32,324 nt of DNA. Source: an uncultured Clostridia bacterium (GTDB taxonomy: Bacteria; Bacillota; Clostridia; TANB77; CAG-508). The stretch spans positions 1 through 32,324 of the forward strand of contig CANQOU010000001.1 of the NCBI GenBank assembly GCA_947625565.1, read 5' to 3'. Numbering within the stretch: the stretch's first letter is position 1; each line of letters begins with the position of its first letter. A model generated the notes under the pieces. It ran no database searches and was not told the origin of the DNA. It saw only the letters and a list, made by a program, of their open reading frames with translations. Positions 9,501 through 19,600 of this stretch are shown here, one piece after another. The position numbers and the translations under genes are program-made.

Positions 9501-11463
9501 CAAATTCGATATAGTAATTTCCTTCTTCTATTTCTTTTATTTCTATTTGTTTGAAGCTATAATCACCTTTCGTTGTTGTCGTTTCCATACTTTTTTCTGG
9601 GTGTTTTGTATTTATTAGTCTTACTATTACACTTCCGTCTTTTATTGCCTCTTTACTATCTTTTGAGTCACCTGCTAAGGTTATATATATATTGTTATAC
9701 TTACTTACTTTACCGCTTAGTCCATCTTTCCATACAAATCCTGCTAAGTCTACAAATTTACGCTCATTTTTAAATTCGGTTGCATAATATGTCCTACTTT
9801 TGTCAATATTGTCTTGCGTTATCGTAACTTCATATGGGTCTGATGAAATTGCATATCCTGAGTGATCATTTCTTACTTCCCAGAAATAATATGTATATCC
9901 TATTTCTAGCTCATATACTGTTAGTTGGCCTTTATCTTCTTCATTTGAACTTGTTGTAAATACCTTCGCAGTTTCTCTAGCTCCTTTTGTTCCATTTTCT
10001 CCATATACTGATTTTTCTCCTACTGTACTTCCTCCTGATTGTACGAATCCTTTTCCTGGTTTTCCATCTGTGTCTATTTGTTCTATTATGAAATCTACAT
10101 CATCCAACTTATACGTTGGAATGTCTTTGTCTACTTTTTCTATATGAATATTTCCTCTTACTGGTGTATTTTTTAGTATATCATATTTAGCTGTTTTAGT
10201 TATATTATTTACCTTGTATGGTTTGTCTGGATTTGGTTCATATCCTGGTTCTTCATTAAATACTTCATAGAAGTTATATTCTCCCATTAGCACTTTTTCG
10301 ATTTTTATTTTACCAGTATCATTTGTAAAGAATGTTGTAGCATTTGCTTTTGCAACATAAGTGATTTTTCCACTATCATCTTTATTTATGTATTTTCCTG
10401 TTATAGCATTTTCAACTATAAATCCAACCTTTTTCAATTTTACATCTTCATATTTTACATTTTCTTTTTCAATGCCTATGTCTTGTTTTAAATCAATATC
10501 AAAATTAAAATCAAAATTGTCTGAAACTGTTTCTGTTTTAGGTTCTGATAATAGTAAATTTTGACCAGCATTTGTTGTTAAAAACCAAAGTTTTGCTCCA
10601 TATAAAGTTCCTTCTACTTTTGCATTCACTTTTACATTTATGCTTTCATATCCTTTTTTCATTTTTACAGCAACATAGAAATTTTGGTTACTTGGTACTG
10701 TTGATAAAGTTGTTCTTTTACCACTACTATCTCTTCCACATATTTTATAATTGTTTCCATTAACTGCTAGTCCATTTTGGTCAGTTACTTCTATTCCTGT
10801 AACACTTCCACCAAATTCATATTTGTATGGTCCAACTTCAATCCATTTTTCGTCTTCTAAGGTAAACTCTTCTGGTTTTAAATCACTTGTATTTGTATGG
10901 TTAGTCACATCTGTTTTTAAGGAAACATTGTTCATTTTTGCAGCCTCTCCAAAAGGGTCTCCTATAGGTTCGCATCTGCCACTTGTACCAACTATTGTAC
11001 AATGAACACCTAGTTTTGAACCTACCTGGTTATACCATGCGCCCAAATAATCCCATAAGATTACTTGCCCAGTTGAAAATCCATGGTTATGTTTTCCGCA
11101 TAAACAAGGTACGTATGGATTTTCTCCGCTACTCTTGTTTACTCCATATGCAATTACCCCATTATATATGTTATCTATGGTTTCTCCTTTTGCATTAGTT
11201 GCTTTATTTCCCATTATTTCTATGTATGATTGGATATTCATTCTTTGACCAGTTGGCCAATGTTCTGGGTAATTTATGCAATACAAATTATGTCCTGTAT
11301 TAAAACCTGGCTGCATTATAACTGTGTTACCTACTGCACCTGCACCACTACGTTTTATCTCATCTAAGCTAAGGTCTTTGGCATATGTGACGATTGGAAT
11401 AATTAAACATATAGCTAATATAACCCAGAATATCACATTTGTTATCTTTTTTAATATATTCAT
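6589..11463 (-). CDS. Giant surface protein, type B copy 2: Cys-containing N-terminal head, Cna-B/SpaA-like and SdrD-B-like Ig-fold repeats, and a C-terminal PSTGG motif plus TM segment plus basic tail
   Basis: 1624-aa ORF with signal peptide MNILKKITNVIFWVILAICLIIPIVTYA and RBS aaggagg upstream. Cna-B-like segments include TGKIKIEKVLMGEYNFYEV and GQLTVYELEIGYTYYFWEV. SdrD-B-like segments include LAGFVWKDG...GDYSFKQIE...GNYYIEFEY and IKGIAFEDN...GGEYSFEGFTPGTYIVRF. The C-terminus is IIMPSTGGDRNYIPEIAIGITALVALAGGIYFIKKIVTK. Confidence 0.8.
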   Translation of the reverse strand: MNILKKITNVIFWVILAICLIIPIVTYAKDLSLDEIKRSGAGAVGNTVIMQPGFNTGHNLYCINYPEHWPTGQRMNIQSYIEIMGNKATNAKGETIDNIYNGVIAYGVNKSSGENPYVPCLCGKHNHGFSTGQVILWDYLGAWYNQVGSKLGVHCTIVGTSGRCEPIGDPFGEAAKMNNVSLKTDVTNHTNTSDLKPEEFTLEDEKWIEVGPYKYEFGGSVTGIEVTDQNGLAVNGNNYKICGRDSSGKRTTLSTVPSNQNFYVAVKMKKGYESINVKVNAKVEGTLYGAKLWFLTTNAGQNLLLSEPKTETVSDNFDFNFDIDLKQDIGIEKENVKYEDVKLKKVGFIVENAITGKYINKDDSGKITYVAKANATTFFTNDTGKIKIEKVLMGEYNFYEVFNEEPGYEPNPDKPYKVNNITKTAKYDILKNTPVRGNIHIEKVDKDIPTYKLDDVDFIIEQIDTDGKPGKGFVQSGGSTVGEKSVYGENGTKGARETAKVFTTSSNEEDKGQLTVYELEIGYTYYFWEVRNDHSGYAISSDPYEVTITQDNIDKSRTYYATEFKNERKFVDLAGFVWKDGLSGKVSKYNNIYITLAGDSKDSKEAIKDGSVIVRLINTKHPEKSMETTTTKGDYSFKQIEIKEIEEGNYYIEFEYDGLIYQNVEAYNVLDKVVWEQIGSETKTVKEAIIEMAIEGKAIGKGGKDLTEEEKKDLPETYPVDYLTEEDKEAWYQRTVNERGSKAIEKDADRKALHDSFAKVEGIEGNATNVSVKNREGTEVGQVEYELEDYGAKIKSNTLAPMTANTINTGTEIVYDRTSIALLESGVLTGFNLGLYERPQTNIALGQDLEKVEVSIKGTTAVYTKASKNKAGGNGEFDDGVWNNVGVIRFGDKEYDQPVYRADFMYGAEENSNVEDGQKLHMYFTYKIALRNKSTLTTKINEIEEYCDARFSTNKEDGFKVYIGTAKGEEVRDITPDIADNGTSTEMKKFKIECNEKLGNSEISYVYIKFPLNREKIADTFNVEELPSESKLSSVAEIISYTTYKNEDEYAIGQTYAAVDENAVANNINNSTEGIDLLNEQRYEDDTDKAADAKLYIADSRKIKGIAFEDNAVDKGEANIREGSGAYEDGETKIENVEVQLIELEGESQTEKLAQVLVDNPEEEDFNKFINAQEMTTAGGEYSFEGFTPGTYIVRFIWGNDGNHDSHKVTEYKATIVDKTEYDEAKENPYYYRDIERKYGTNKSRATDNTTMRQDIDKELRTHIEGTTQVEGNNYATKIEELEKRTMESNTQPMTFDIEYKGSDILLIDLQNNKLQFIVNGMNLGIIRRPVQNIEIEKRVSNVTVKYSSEEAIINADIDKEGKLTGETNNIAYIGKSTNRRQAQIKVELDNEVLENSGVDVTYEFTIKNVSEKDYTSIDFQRFGTQIPDTDNQRGQIVTLTPSKIMDYIGNEANLKVCQENENNGWSIVTAEAIGSLVHGDVKDSEQIKATKMYKTEKLEDTPIEPQNEKTINMVVEKRLTTAEDSNITNQVEIIQVNKPDGYNSGSPVMSKDENNGYKLTTFGNYIPSGISAITEPDDSMAETVIIMPSTGGDRNYIPEIAIGITALVALAGGIYFIKKIVTK

Positions 11464-11485
11464 TATTGTTTTTCCTCCTTTCCTT

Positions 11486-14400
11486 CTATATTTCCACTGG
11501 TTTCATAACTTTTTTAATAATTGCAAAACTTACTAGTGCAAGAACTGCTATTATTGAAATTATTACTGTTACTGTTACTACAATTTCTCCTGTGCTTATA
11601 CTTACAATTAAATCTGCTTGTGACATATCATCTTCACCTTTTGCTCTATTTCCTTCTACTGAATCTGCATCTTTTAGTCCTTGCTCATTATAGCTTTCTA
11701 CTATTTCTGCTGTGTTTGTTATTGTTCCTGTATTATTTTCTGTCATCTGTTTTGTTAATGTTAATGTTACTTCTTTACTCTCTCCTGGTTGCAATTTTGT
11801 ATTTGCCAAACTACTGTTGTAAATATTTGCTCCTGATTGATACCAGTCTTTATTTAATTCAGAGCTGAACTTAAAGTCTGGTGAAACATAGTCTACTATA
11901 TTTTTGATATATCCTTCTGTTTCTCCTTCATTTGTTACTCTTATCTTATAGTCTACTACTACATTTGAACTACTTAATTGTTTTGCATGTATATCTACTT
12001 TTGCAAGTGTCGTATCTTGGAATTGCGTTGTTTCTGTTCCTTTTGCATTTTGTACTATTACTCTTGTAATCATTTTTTCTAGTTTCATATCATATACTTT
12101 TCTTTCTTTTAATCCCATATTGATATATGATATATGATTATCTTTTACTTCTATTGCTTCTGATACTGCTACTGTTTTTTCTACTCCATCTATTGTCATT
12201 TCTCTGCTTATTACTTTTGAGTTCTTTTCTGATGATATTCCTGATTTTTCATATGTTGTCAATGCATATTTTGAATTATTAAATTCAAATACTACCATAT
12301 AGTTTCCTTGTGGTACTTCTGATAATGTATACATTCCTGTTGAACTTGTTGTTGTTTGTATCAATTCTCTTTTTGAATTTTTTTGGAACTCATTTGTTTG
12401 AGTATTAAATAGTCTTACTGTTATTCCATCTAATAATGCTTCATCACTATCTCTTTGTCCATTTTCATTTTTATCTAACCATGCATAACCTGAAATTAGT
12501 TTTGTTGCAGTTTGTACTCCTGTTCCATTTCCACTTTGTCCATTTTCGTTTTGTCCATTTCCACTTTCTCCATTTCCGCTTTGTCCATTGTTTTCTTCTG
12601 GATTTTCAGGATTTTCTGTATTTCCTGGTTTTTCTGGTGTTGTTGGTTCTCCTTGTTCTGGACCGTTCGAATTTACTGGCTCTACTATAAGAGTAACTTT
12701 TGATTCATCTATATTAAGAGCATCAATATATGCTCCTGCTACATTTGTAATTTCTATTGCATTACTATTATCCAAATATCCTATTTGTGTTGTAACTAGG
12801 CATGTTTTTGTTTGTTTTGGTTCGATAGTTTCTTGAATTTCAATATAGTTACATTGTGATTCTATGTCTAATCTTGTTTCATAATCTTCTTGTGATAATT
12901 CTTTATCTCCAATTTGTATTTTACGAAGCTCTTCCTCATTTGAAATTACATCTCTTAATTCAAAACTATCTATTTTTCGGTTGCCTTTATTTGTAATATC
13001 TATTTTATATGTAACTTCCTCTCCTGCTTTTACATATTGACTTTCATTTTGAGGTACATTTGTAATAGAAATTAATGGAGCTATTGCTGTTTTTATTTTC
13101 TTATTTGATTTATATTCTTCTTTATCAATAGTTGCTGTTGCAAGAACTGATACATCTTTTTGTTCTGCATCATTAAATGCATTTACTTTAGCAGTTACTA
13201 CTATTTCATGTGTCTTATTTGCTTCTAATGTTTCTATAGTATATATATTTTCACCTTCGTTTGTTCCAATGTCAAATTCTTTTGATAAATCAATAATTCT
13301 TTCTGTTGTTGCATTTTCCATATCTAGTTTTATTTTCACATTTTTTAAGTCTTTATCTGTTATGTTTGTTATTCTTACAATAAATCTATATGATTTCCTT
13401 GATTCTACAATTGATTCTAGATTATCTGTTGATGATGCAACAGATATTTCGACTTTTCCTTGTTCAACAGATGTCTCTACAACTTCAGAAACTTTATTTA
13501 TTTGTCCAAAATTGATTTCAAGAGCATTTTTTATTGTTTGTGATGCTGTTCCTTTTTTTACTTTTACAAAATATGTTTCTGTTAGTTCTTGGCCTGGTTC
13601 TAATGTAATTCCTTCAAATATTATTTCTTTTTTATTTGGATCTTCTATAAATCCTATTTCTGCTGTTTCTTCACTTTCTGGGTCTTCTAATGGAGCTCTG
13701 TAAAATTCGTATGTATATACTGTTCCATCTGGAACTGTTGCTTTCATATTAAAGTTTTCTACTTTTATTGAGCCTTCATTTTTTGCTATCATTCTATATT
13801 CAATTATCTGTCCTTCTTTAACAGCATTTGATTTTTCGCCACCTATATATGCTTCTAGCACAGGTGTTAGCACTGGTCCTACTCCTGTTTCTAATGTTAC
13901 TTTTTGCGCTTTCATTATTTGTCCTGTTAATACTTCTGTGTTATATATTACTTCATATTCTTCTTCTGCTGTTTTGTTGTATTCTAGTTTTTCTGGTATA
14001 CTCATACTATATGTAAAATCTATTTCTTCTGATGCTTCTAGCCTATCTACTACTATTATGTATTTCTTTACTTCTGTTCCTTCTACTATATTTTCTTTCC
14101 AATTATTTGTTGGGTTATTTATCTCTTCTGTTGCATTTCCATTTTCTGTATAATAGATTTTTACTTTACTATTTTCTATTCCACTTGTTTGTATCCCTTT
14201 TACTGCTATTTTTATGTTATTTCCTTCAATTGCTTTTTCTGTTGGGAATTTTCCTAATATTTTTACTCCTGTTATTCCTGCTTCATAGTTGTTTATTACT
14301 TGTGCTTTGGCTTCTGCCTCTTTTCCTTCTGCTCCCAATTCTAATTTTCCTTTATTATTTCCATCATTATTTACTGTATCTATTCCATATTCTGATATTG

Positions 14401-16447
14401 TATTTGTTGCTATTATTCCTGCATATGATACTATTTGTACTCCTACTTCTTGTCTTCCTCTTTCTCCTCCTTCTGCATAATGCATTCCTTTTTCATTCTC
14501 ATATTCCAATATGAATTTTGTTTCTACATTTTTCTGTTTTCTATTCGCTGTTAAGTTTGCTGTTATTAAAATTGTTGCTCCTTCTATTGCTATTCCTTTA
14601 TATCCTGTTTGTTCTCCTTGCAAAGGTATATCTAATACGTTTCCTGTTATTGTTGGCTTCACAATTTCTAATTCAGTTTCATTTAATAAATTGATTGATG
14701 TTATTTCTATTTCTTCAAATTCTTCTGGTAATGTTAATCTTACATGTGGGTTTTTATATAACTCATATTTTTCATTATTACTATGCAATGTTATTCGCAT
14801 TTCTACATTTTCATTTGTTCTCATTGTTGAAAATTCTGTTCTACTTAATTCTAATGTTGCATAACTTTGTGTTTCTTTTAATGCTACTACTGATGTTGCT
14901 TCAACTCCTTCACTTTCTGCTTCTCCTAATGTATAGCTTGTTCTTACTCCAAAAGTCATGTCTGCAATGCCTTGCATTGCTTGTCTATCTTGTGCTGGTA
15001 TTACTTTTGTTGATTTTATTGTTAATATTCCTGCTTTTACTGGTTTTGTTGTTTCTATCAATATTTCTCCTGTTTCTGCTGGTAATTCTACTGTTATTTC
15101 TTCATTTTCTTCTGATTTTACAATTGTTCCTATTACTGCTCCTGTTCCTTTATTTTTTATTGTTATTCTTCCTTCTTCTCCTAATATTTCTACTAGATTT
15201 CCTTTATTTACTGTTATGGCTTTTGTTCTAATATTTGACATATGTGTATTTGATAAGTCTTCTTCTACTTTGATTGTATCCATATTTCCTATTAAATTTA
15301 CATTTACATTAATATTTTGAGCTATCTCTCTTTCTATTCCTTCATATATAGCTCCTTTATATATTTCATTTTCGGTATTATTTAGAGATACTGTAATAGA
15401 ACTATCAATTTCTTTTGATGATAGTGTTGTTCTTCTTGTATATTTTGCTACTGTTTTATTTGGGTCATATAGAGATATTTCTCCTTTTGCTGATAAGTCT
15501 TGTTGCTCTATCTCTTCTGTTCCTCCAAATATATATGTAACTATATATTTATCTGCTCCTGTCTTATTCCATACAACTTTTCCGTCTTTTTCTTCATTGT
15601 TTACTTCAATATTTAGTATTCCTGTTTCTTCATTATATTTATAGTTATTTTCTTCTATTTTTTCACCATTCATTGCTAAATTATCTGGTGTCTCTACTAA
15701 TATTTCTATTGGATATTTTGATTTTAATTTTGGTGCCTGTAATTCCAATTTTTCTGTCTTGATTGGGTATAGATTTCCTTCCATTCCTGTTTCTACTTCT
15801 AGCTGTATTATTCTTCTTGATTCCCCTTTATATTGGAATACTTTATTTGTTAATACTTCTTGATTTAAAAATATTCCTTCTTTTCCTTCTTCATATGGAC
15901 TTGTTATCTTTAATTGTACTGTTCTTTCTCCTTTTATTGATTTTGTGTCTGGTCTACTTCCATATGTATATTCTCCTTCTAATTTTAATTTACTTTCCGC
16001 AGTTAATAAAGATACATCTATATTTGTATCTCTTATAATTTCTACTCCTACTGGTATTTCTATTGTTTCTCCTGATACTATTTGATTTAATTGTATCTCT
16101 TTTTCTGTTATACTTTGGATTCTTTCATGTTTCGTATCTGTTTTAAACTTAAAGTTACTATCTGTTAATGTTACTTTTCCATTGAAATATCCTTCTTGTT
16201 TTACAGCTATTTGCAAATATATCGTTTCTTCTGATATATCTGATTTTACTCGGTGTTCTGCTTCCTTGTTTTCTCCTTCTTTAAAATATGCCATAAATGA
16301 TATATTTTTATGGTTCGTTTCACTCTCTTGTGTTAATTTTTCTACTGCATATGTCACACTTGTTACTCCTAACAAAATGAAATTTGCTGATGTTAATGTG
16401 ATAAGCAATAAGGTAGAAATCAGCATTTTTAATACTTTATTTCTCAT
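11486..16447 (-). CDS. Giant surface protein, type A copy 2: repetitive Ig-like/DUF11-like domains, G/N/Q/E-rich linker, SdrD-B-like domain, and a C-terminal ISTG motif plus TM segment plus basic tail
   Basis: 1653-aa ORF with signal peptide MRNKVLKMLISTLLLITLTSANFILLGVTSVTYA and RBS aggagg 7 nt upstream. SdrD-B-like segment ISGYAWLDKNENGQRDSDEALLDGITVRLF...TGMYTLSEVPQGNYMVVFEF. DUF11-like end NNTGTITNTAEIV...GEDDMSQADLIVSISTGE followed by IVVTVTVIISIIAVLALVSFAIIKK. Confidence 0.8.
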   Translation of the reverse strand: MRNKVLKMLISTLLLITLTSANFILLGVTSVTYAVEKLTQESETNHKNISFMAYFKEGENKEAEHRVKSDISEETIYLQIAVKQEGYFNGKVTLTDSNFKFKTDTKHERIQSITEKEIQLNQIVSGETIEIPVGVEIIRDTNIDVSLLTAESKLKLEGEYTYGSRPDTKSIKGERTVQLKITSPYEEGKEGIFLNQEVLTNKVFQYKGESRRIIQLEVETGMEGNLYPIKTEKLELQAPKLKSKYPIEILVETPDNLAMNGEKIEENNYKYNEETGILNIEVNNEEKDGKVVWNKTGADKYIVTYIFGGTEEIEQQDLSAKGEISLYDPNKTVAKYTRRTTLSSKEIDSSITVSLNNTENEIYKGAIYEGIEREIAQNINVNVNLIGNMDTIKVEEDLSNTHMSNIRTKAITVNKGNLVEILGEEGRITIKNKGTGAVIGTIVKSEENEEITVELPAETGEILIETTKPVKAGILTIKSTKVIPAQDRQAMQGIADMTFGVRTSYTLGEAESEGVEATSVVALKETQSYATLELSRTEFSTMRTNENVEMRITLHSNNEKYELYKNPHVRLTLPEEFEEIEITSINLLNETELEIVKPTITGNVLDIPLQGEQTGYKGIAIEGATILITANLTANRKQKNVETKFILEYENEKGMHYAEGGERGRQEVGVQIVSYAGIIATNTISEYGIDTVNNDGNNKGKLELGAEGKEAEAKAQVINNYEAGITGVKILGKFPTEKAIEGNNIKIAVKGIQTSGIENSKVKIYYTENGNATEEINNPTNNWKENIVEGTEVKKYIIVVDRLEASEEIDFTYSMSIPEKLEYNKTAEEEYEVIYNTEVLTGQIMKAQKVTLETGVGPVLTPVLEAYIGGEKSNAVKEGQIIEYRMIAKNEGSIKVENFNMKATVPDGTVYTYEFYRAPLEDPESEETAEIGFIEDPNKKEIIFEGITLEPGQELTETYFVKVKKGTASQTIKNALEINFGQINKVSEVVETSVEQGKVEISVASSTDNLESIVESRKSYRFIVRITNITDKDLKNVKIKLDMENATTERIIDLSKEFDIGTNEGENIYTIETLEANKTHEIVVTAKVNAFNDAEQKDVSVLATATIDKEEYKSNKKIKTAIAPLISITNVPQNESQYVKAGEEVTYKIDITNKGNRKIDSFELRDVISNEEELRKIQIGDKELSQEDYETRLDIESQCNYIEIQETIEPKQTKTCLVTTQIGYLDNSNAIEITNVAGAYIDALNIDESKVTLIVEPVNSNGPEQGEPTTPEKPGNTENPENPEENNGQSGNGESGNGQNENGQSGNGTGVQTATKLISGYAWLDKNENGQRDSDEALLDGITVRLFNTQTNEFQKNSKRELIQTTTSSTGMYTLSEVPQGNYMVVFEFNNSKYALTTYEKSGISSEKNSKVISREMTIDGVEKTVAVSEAIEVKDNHISYINMGLKERKVYDMKLEKMITRVIVQNAKGTETTQFQDTTLAKVDIHAKQLSSSNVVVDYKIRVTNEGETEGYIKNIVDYVSPDFKFSSELNKDWYQSGANIYNSSLANTKLQPGESKEVTLTLTKQMTENNTGTITNTAEIVESYNEQGLKDADSVEGNRAKGEDDMSQADLIVSISTGEIVVTVTVIISIIAVLALVSFAIIKKVMKPVEI
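12525..12599 (-). repeat. In-frame 15-nt tandem repeat (4-5 imperfect copies) encoding a (S/E)GNG(Q/E)-type low-complexity linker in gene A2
   Basis: Plus-strand units are ccatttccactttgt, ccattttcgttttgt, ccatttccactttct, ccatttccgctttgt and the degenerate ccattgttttcttct. The translated product is ...NNGQSGNGESGNGQNENGQSGNG.... Confidence 0.8.
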
Positions 16448-16493
16448 GATAATACCTCCTATGTTTTTTGATTACATAATATCTCTATATTAC

Positions 16494-16522
16494 ATTATAC
16501 ACACAATCAAAAACTTTTTCAA
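16494..16522 (-). promoter_or_regulatory. Near-consensus sigma-A-type promoter for the A2-B2 gene pair
   Basis: Minus strand reads TTGAAA (16517-16522), a 17-nt spacer aagtttttgattgtgtg, then TATAAT (16494-16499), about 45 nt upstream of the A2 ATG at 16447. Confidence 0.65.
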
Positions 16523-16630
16523 GCCTTTTTTTGTTTTTTTAACTTTTTATGTGAATTTATGGCATTTTTTTTGCTACGGAACGTCTATTTTGTCAATTTG
16601 TTTCTTTTATATGAAGTTTTTGTTACAATA

Positions 16631-16668
16631 TTATAACAAAAGGGCACCTTTTTTGGGGATGCCCTTTT
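16631..16668 (-). terminator. Rho-independent terminator after giant gene B1
   Basis: Minus-strand RNA forms aaaagggca-(13-nt loop)-ugcccuuuu followed by guuauaa. It starts 13 nt past the stop at 16682 and separates the two gene pairs. Confidence 0.75.
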
Positions 16669-16681
16669 ATAGAAATTCATA

Positions 16682-19600
16682 TTACTTCATATTATTTTCT
16701 ATTTTTCTCTTAATGTAGAATATTCCTCCTGCAATTGTAGTTAGAATTATTATGCTAATTGTAATATATATTGCATAATTTCTGTTTGCTCCTGTACTTG
16801 ATATAATAGTAATGTTTTCTGACATAGCATCATCTATTTCCTGTCCTGCCTTGTTAGGTACAAAGTTTCCTGGTATACTGTTTATTATTCTTCTACCAAA
16901 ATCCTTTTTGATTGCTATAATTTCTGCTTGGTTTGAAATATCTGTTTTATCGTCATAATTTGATGATAATCTCTTTTCTACTTCCATTTCTATTATTGTC
17001 TCAGGTTGTTTATTACTTTTCTTTGGTGCCACAGCTTTTTCTTCGCTGTTTCCGTATTCGGTTAGATACATTGTCTTATCTTTTACAGGATTCATAAACA
17101 TATCTCTATTACAATCTACTAATTCCCTGCTTTTAACTTCTTCTATTGTTTTTAAAATCCATTCATTATTATTATTTATTGTACTAGTGTCTTTTACTTT
17201 AGCTATACAGTTATTACTTAAGTAATCCATTATCTTAGATGCTGTTATTTTAACAAGTCCCCTCTCACCTTCTGGTATTATACCAAAGTTATAGAATTCT
17301 TTGTTATAGTAATCTCTTTCACTTTCATTTCTTATAATGTATTCATATATTGCTTCCATTGAAGAGTTTTGTAATATTTCTGCATCTGCTTCTATTCTTA
17401 TTAAAGAGTTTCTACGATTTCTACTATCTGTATATTTTCCTATATATGAAGTATAATCGGTTTGTCCTGTTAAATTTCCCTTCATATCTACATCTGCATT
17501 TACTACAGTTTCTCCTGAAGAATATTTCAGTTTAATATTTTTTATATATTTTTCTATGCTTATGTCTTGTCTTGGCCTTTCTATAATACCAAAGTTTATT
17601 CCCGGAGTTGTAAATTTAACTGACGTTGTTTCTTCATTTACGTTTTCTTTTACATTTATAGTACTTAAATCATAGTCATCATATTCTATTTTGAACTTCA
17701 TTACTGGTGTATTTGATTTCATAATAATATTTTTAATATTGTCTAAATTATACACACCATTGTCTTTACTTGCAAAGTTATAATCACCAACATTACCTTC
17801 ACTGTCTTTTATATTTAGTAGTCTATCTATATTTTCTCTTATACTCCAATCATCTAATGCATATGTTAGTGCTGTTATATCTACACCACTATTTGATAAG
17901 TTTTCATAATAGGTTTTAACAGCTTGATTATCCACATTTTTTCTTTTGTAGTAATCTGTATTACCATTATCAACATCATATCTATCTTTATCGTAGATTG
18001 TTGCTTTGTAGTCTATTGGTGTTAATTCTTTACCATCTTTGTCCTTTACTTTATATGCTCCACCCCAATTAAATCTAATTATATAATTACCTGGCGTAAA
18101 GCCTGTTAGAGTATATTTACCATTTTCATCTGTCATACAAGTAATTTCAGGAGTTCGTCCATCCTCACTTATTACTGAAGTATATGTTGGATTTTCGGGA
18201 TTACTTGGATTTTCTATCTTTTCTAAAAGTTCTACTTTTACACCTTCAATTCCACTTTCTTCACCATCACATATTCCATTACCTTGACGGATATTTTCAT
18301 TTGCTAGTTTATCTGGATCATTCTCATCTTCAAATACATATCCAGTAATCTCTCTAGGTTCCTTAAGCACAAGTCCAATTCCTAAAGCTTTTCTTGTATC
18401 ATCTTCATAAGTATTTTCATTATCAATAATTGCATTATCAAGTACTGAGTCCTTATCTGCTGCCGCATATAGTTTACCATCTTCATATGTTGTATATGAT
18501 GAAATTTCTGCAATATTTTTTAAATCTTGATAGCCTTCAACATCACCTGGTTGATTTAATGCTGCTAATACAGCTACTTTATCAAATTTAAATTGAATAT
18601 ATAATTCTTTATTACTATATGCATCTAATTCAATATTTTGGTCTTTTAAGTCAATACCTATTTTATTAGTTTTTTCAACTTCTCCATACCTGATTATTTT
18701 ATCCTGTGCTATTTCATTTGTTATTTGGTGATTTTGCAAATTTGTTCCTATTTTATATAATTGATATCTTTTATCAAAGTAATCTGTTATACTATTGATT
18801 TTTATTGTAAGGCCTGTTTGATTTCTTAATGTAATTTTATATGTTAATATTATCTCTAATTCTTTTGATTTATCATTATCATTTTTATATATAAAATCTG
18901 CTCTATATATAGGTTGTTTATATTTTTTCACTTTGTTGTTTTCTTTGAATCTTTCTGCGAATGTCACGCCCACATTATCCCATATTTTTGGTTCCTGATG
19001 TTCCCATTCCTCTTTTCCTGCATTGATTGCATTTGCTTCGTCTTCATCTGCCTTTAATGCCTTTCCTTCCAAATTATATTCATAAATGTGGTGATCACCT
19101 TTAATGCCAACATCTACTTCTTGTACACCTTGCATTAAAGCCGTATCTATTTGTGCTCTCTTATATAGACCTAAATTTATATATTTGATCTCATATGATG
19201 TGTCTTGCTTTCTATTATACCATAATGAATTTGTATCGGTTTTTGCCATAACCGTTACATTTGTTGCGTCTTTAATAGAAGCTACACCGTCTGATAAAGT
19301 ATATTTAACTGTAGATGTTGCGTTACCATTACTATCCTTAGCTTGTACAGTATCGTTACTATTAGGAACCCCTTCTACTGTTGCAAATTTATTGTTCAAT
19401 TCTGTTCTTAAGTTATTATCTTCCCTAGCTTTTGAACCTTTCTGATTTATTATTGTTTCAAACCATTGATCTATACCTGAACTTAATCCATTATATTGTG
19501 GGGATTTAATAGCTGTTATAATGTCCTGAGGTATCTCGTCATATGGTGTGACTGCTTGATACGTAAATCCATCATAGGTATATTCAAAGTAGTAATCCCA

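Noticed and set aside
12525-12599. Short tandem repeats as a possible CRISPR-like or regulatory array.
   Set aside because: The units are contiguous 15-nt repeats with no spacers, in frame inside gene A2, and they encode a G/N/S/Q linker.
14032-15231. Plus-strand ORFs (160 aa, 178 aa and many 60-140 aa ones across 7044-26919) nested in the giant genes, translating to L/F/I-rich strings.
   Set aside because: They are entirely antisense to long, well-supported minus-strand genes. Their composition is what antisense of AT-rich coding sequence gives. They have no RBS and no recognisable domains.
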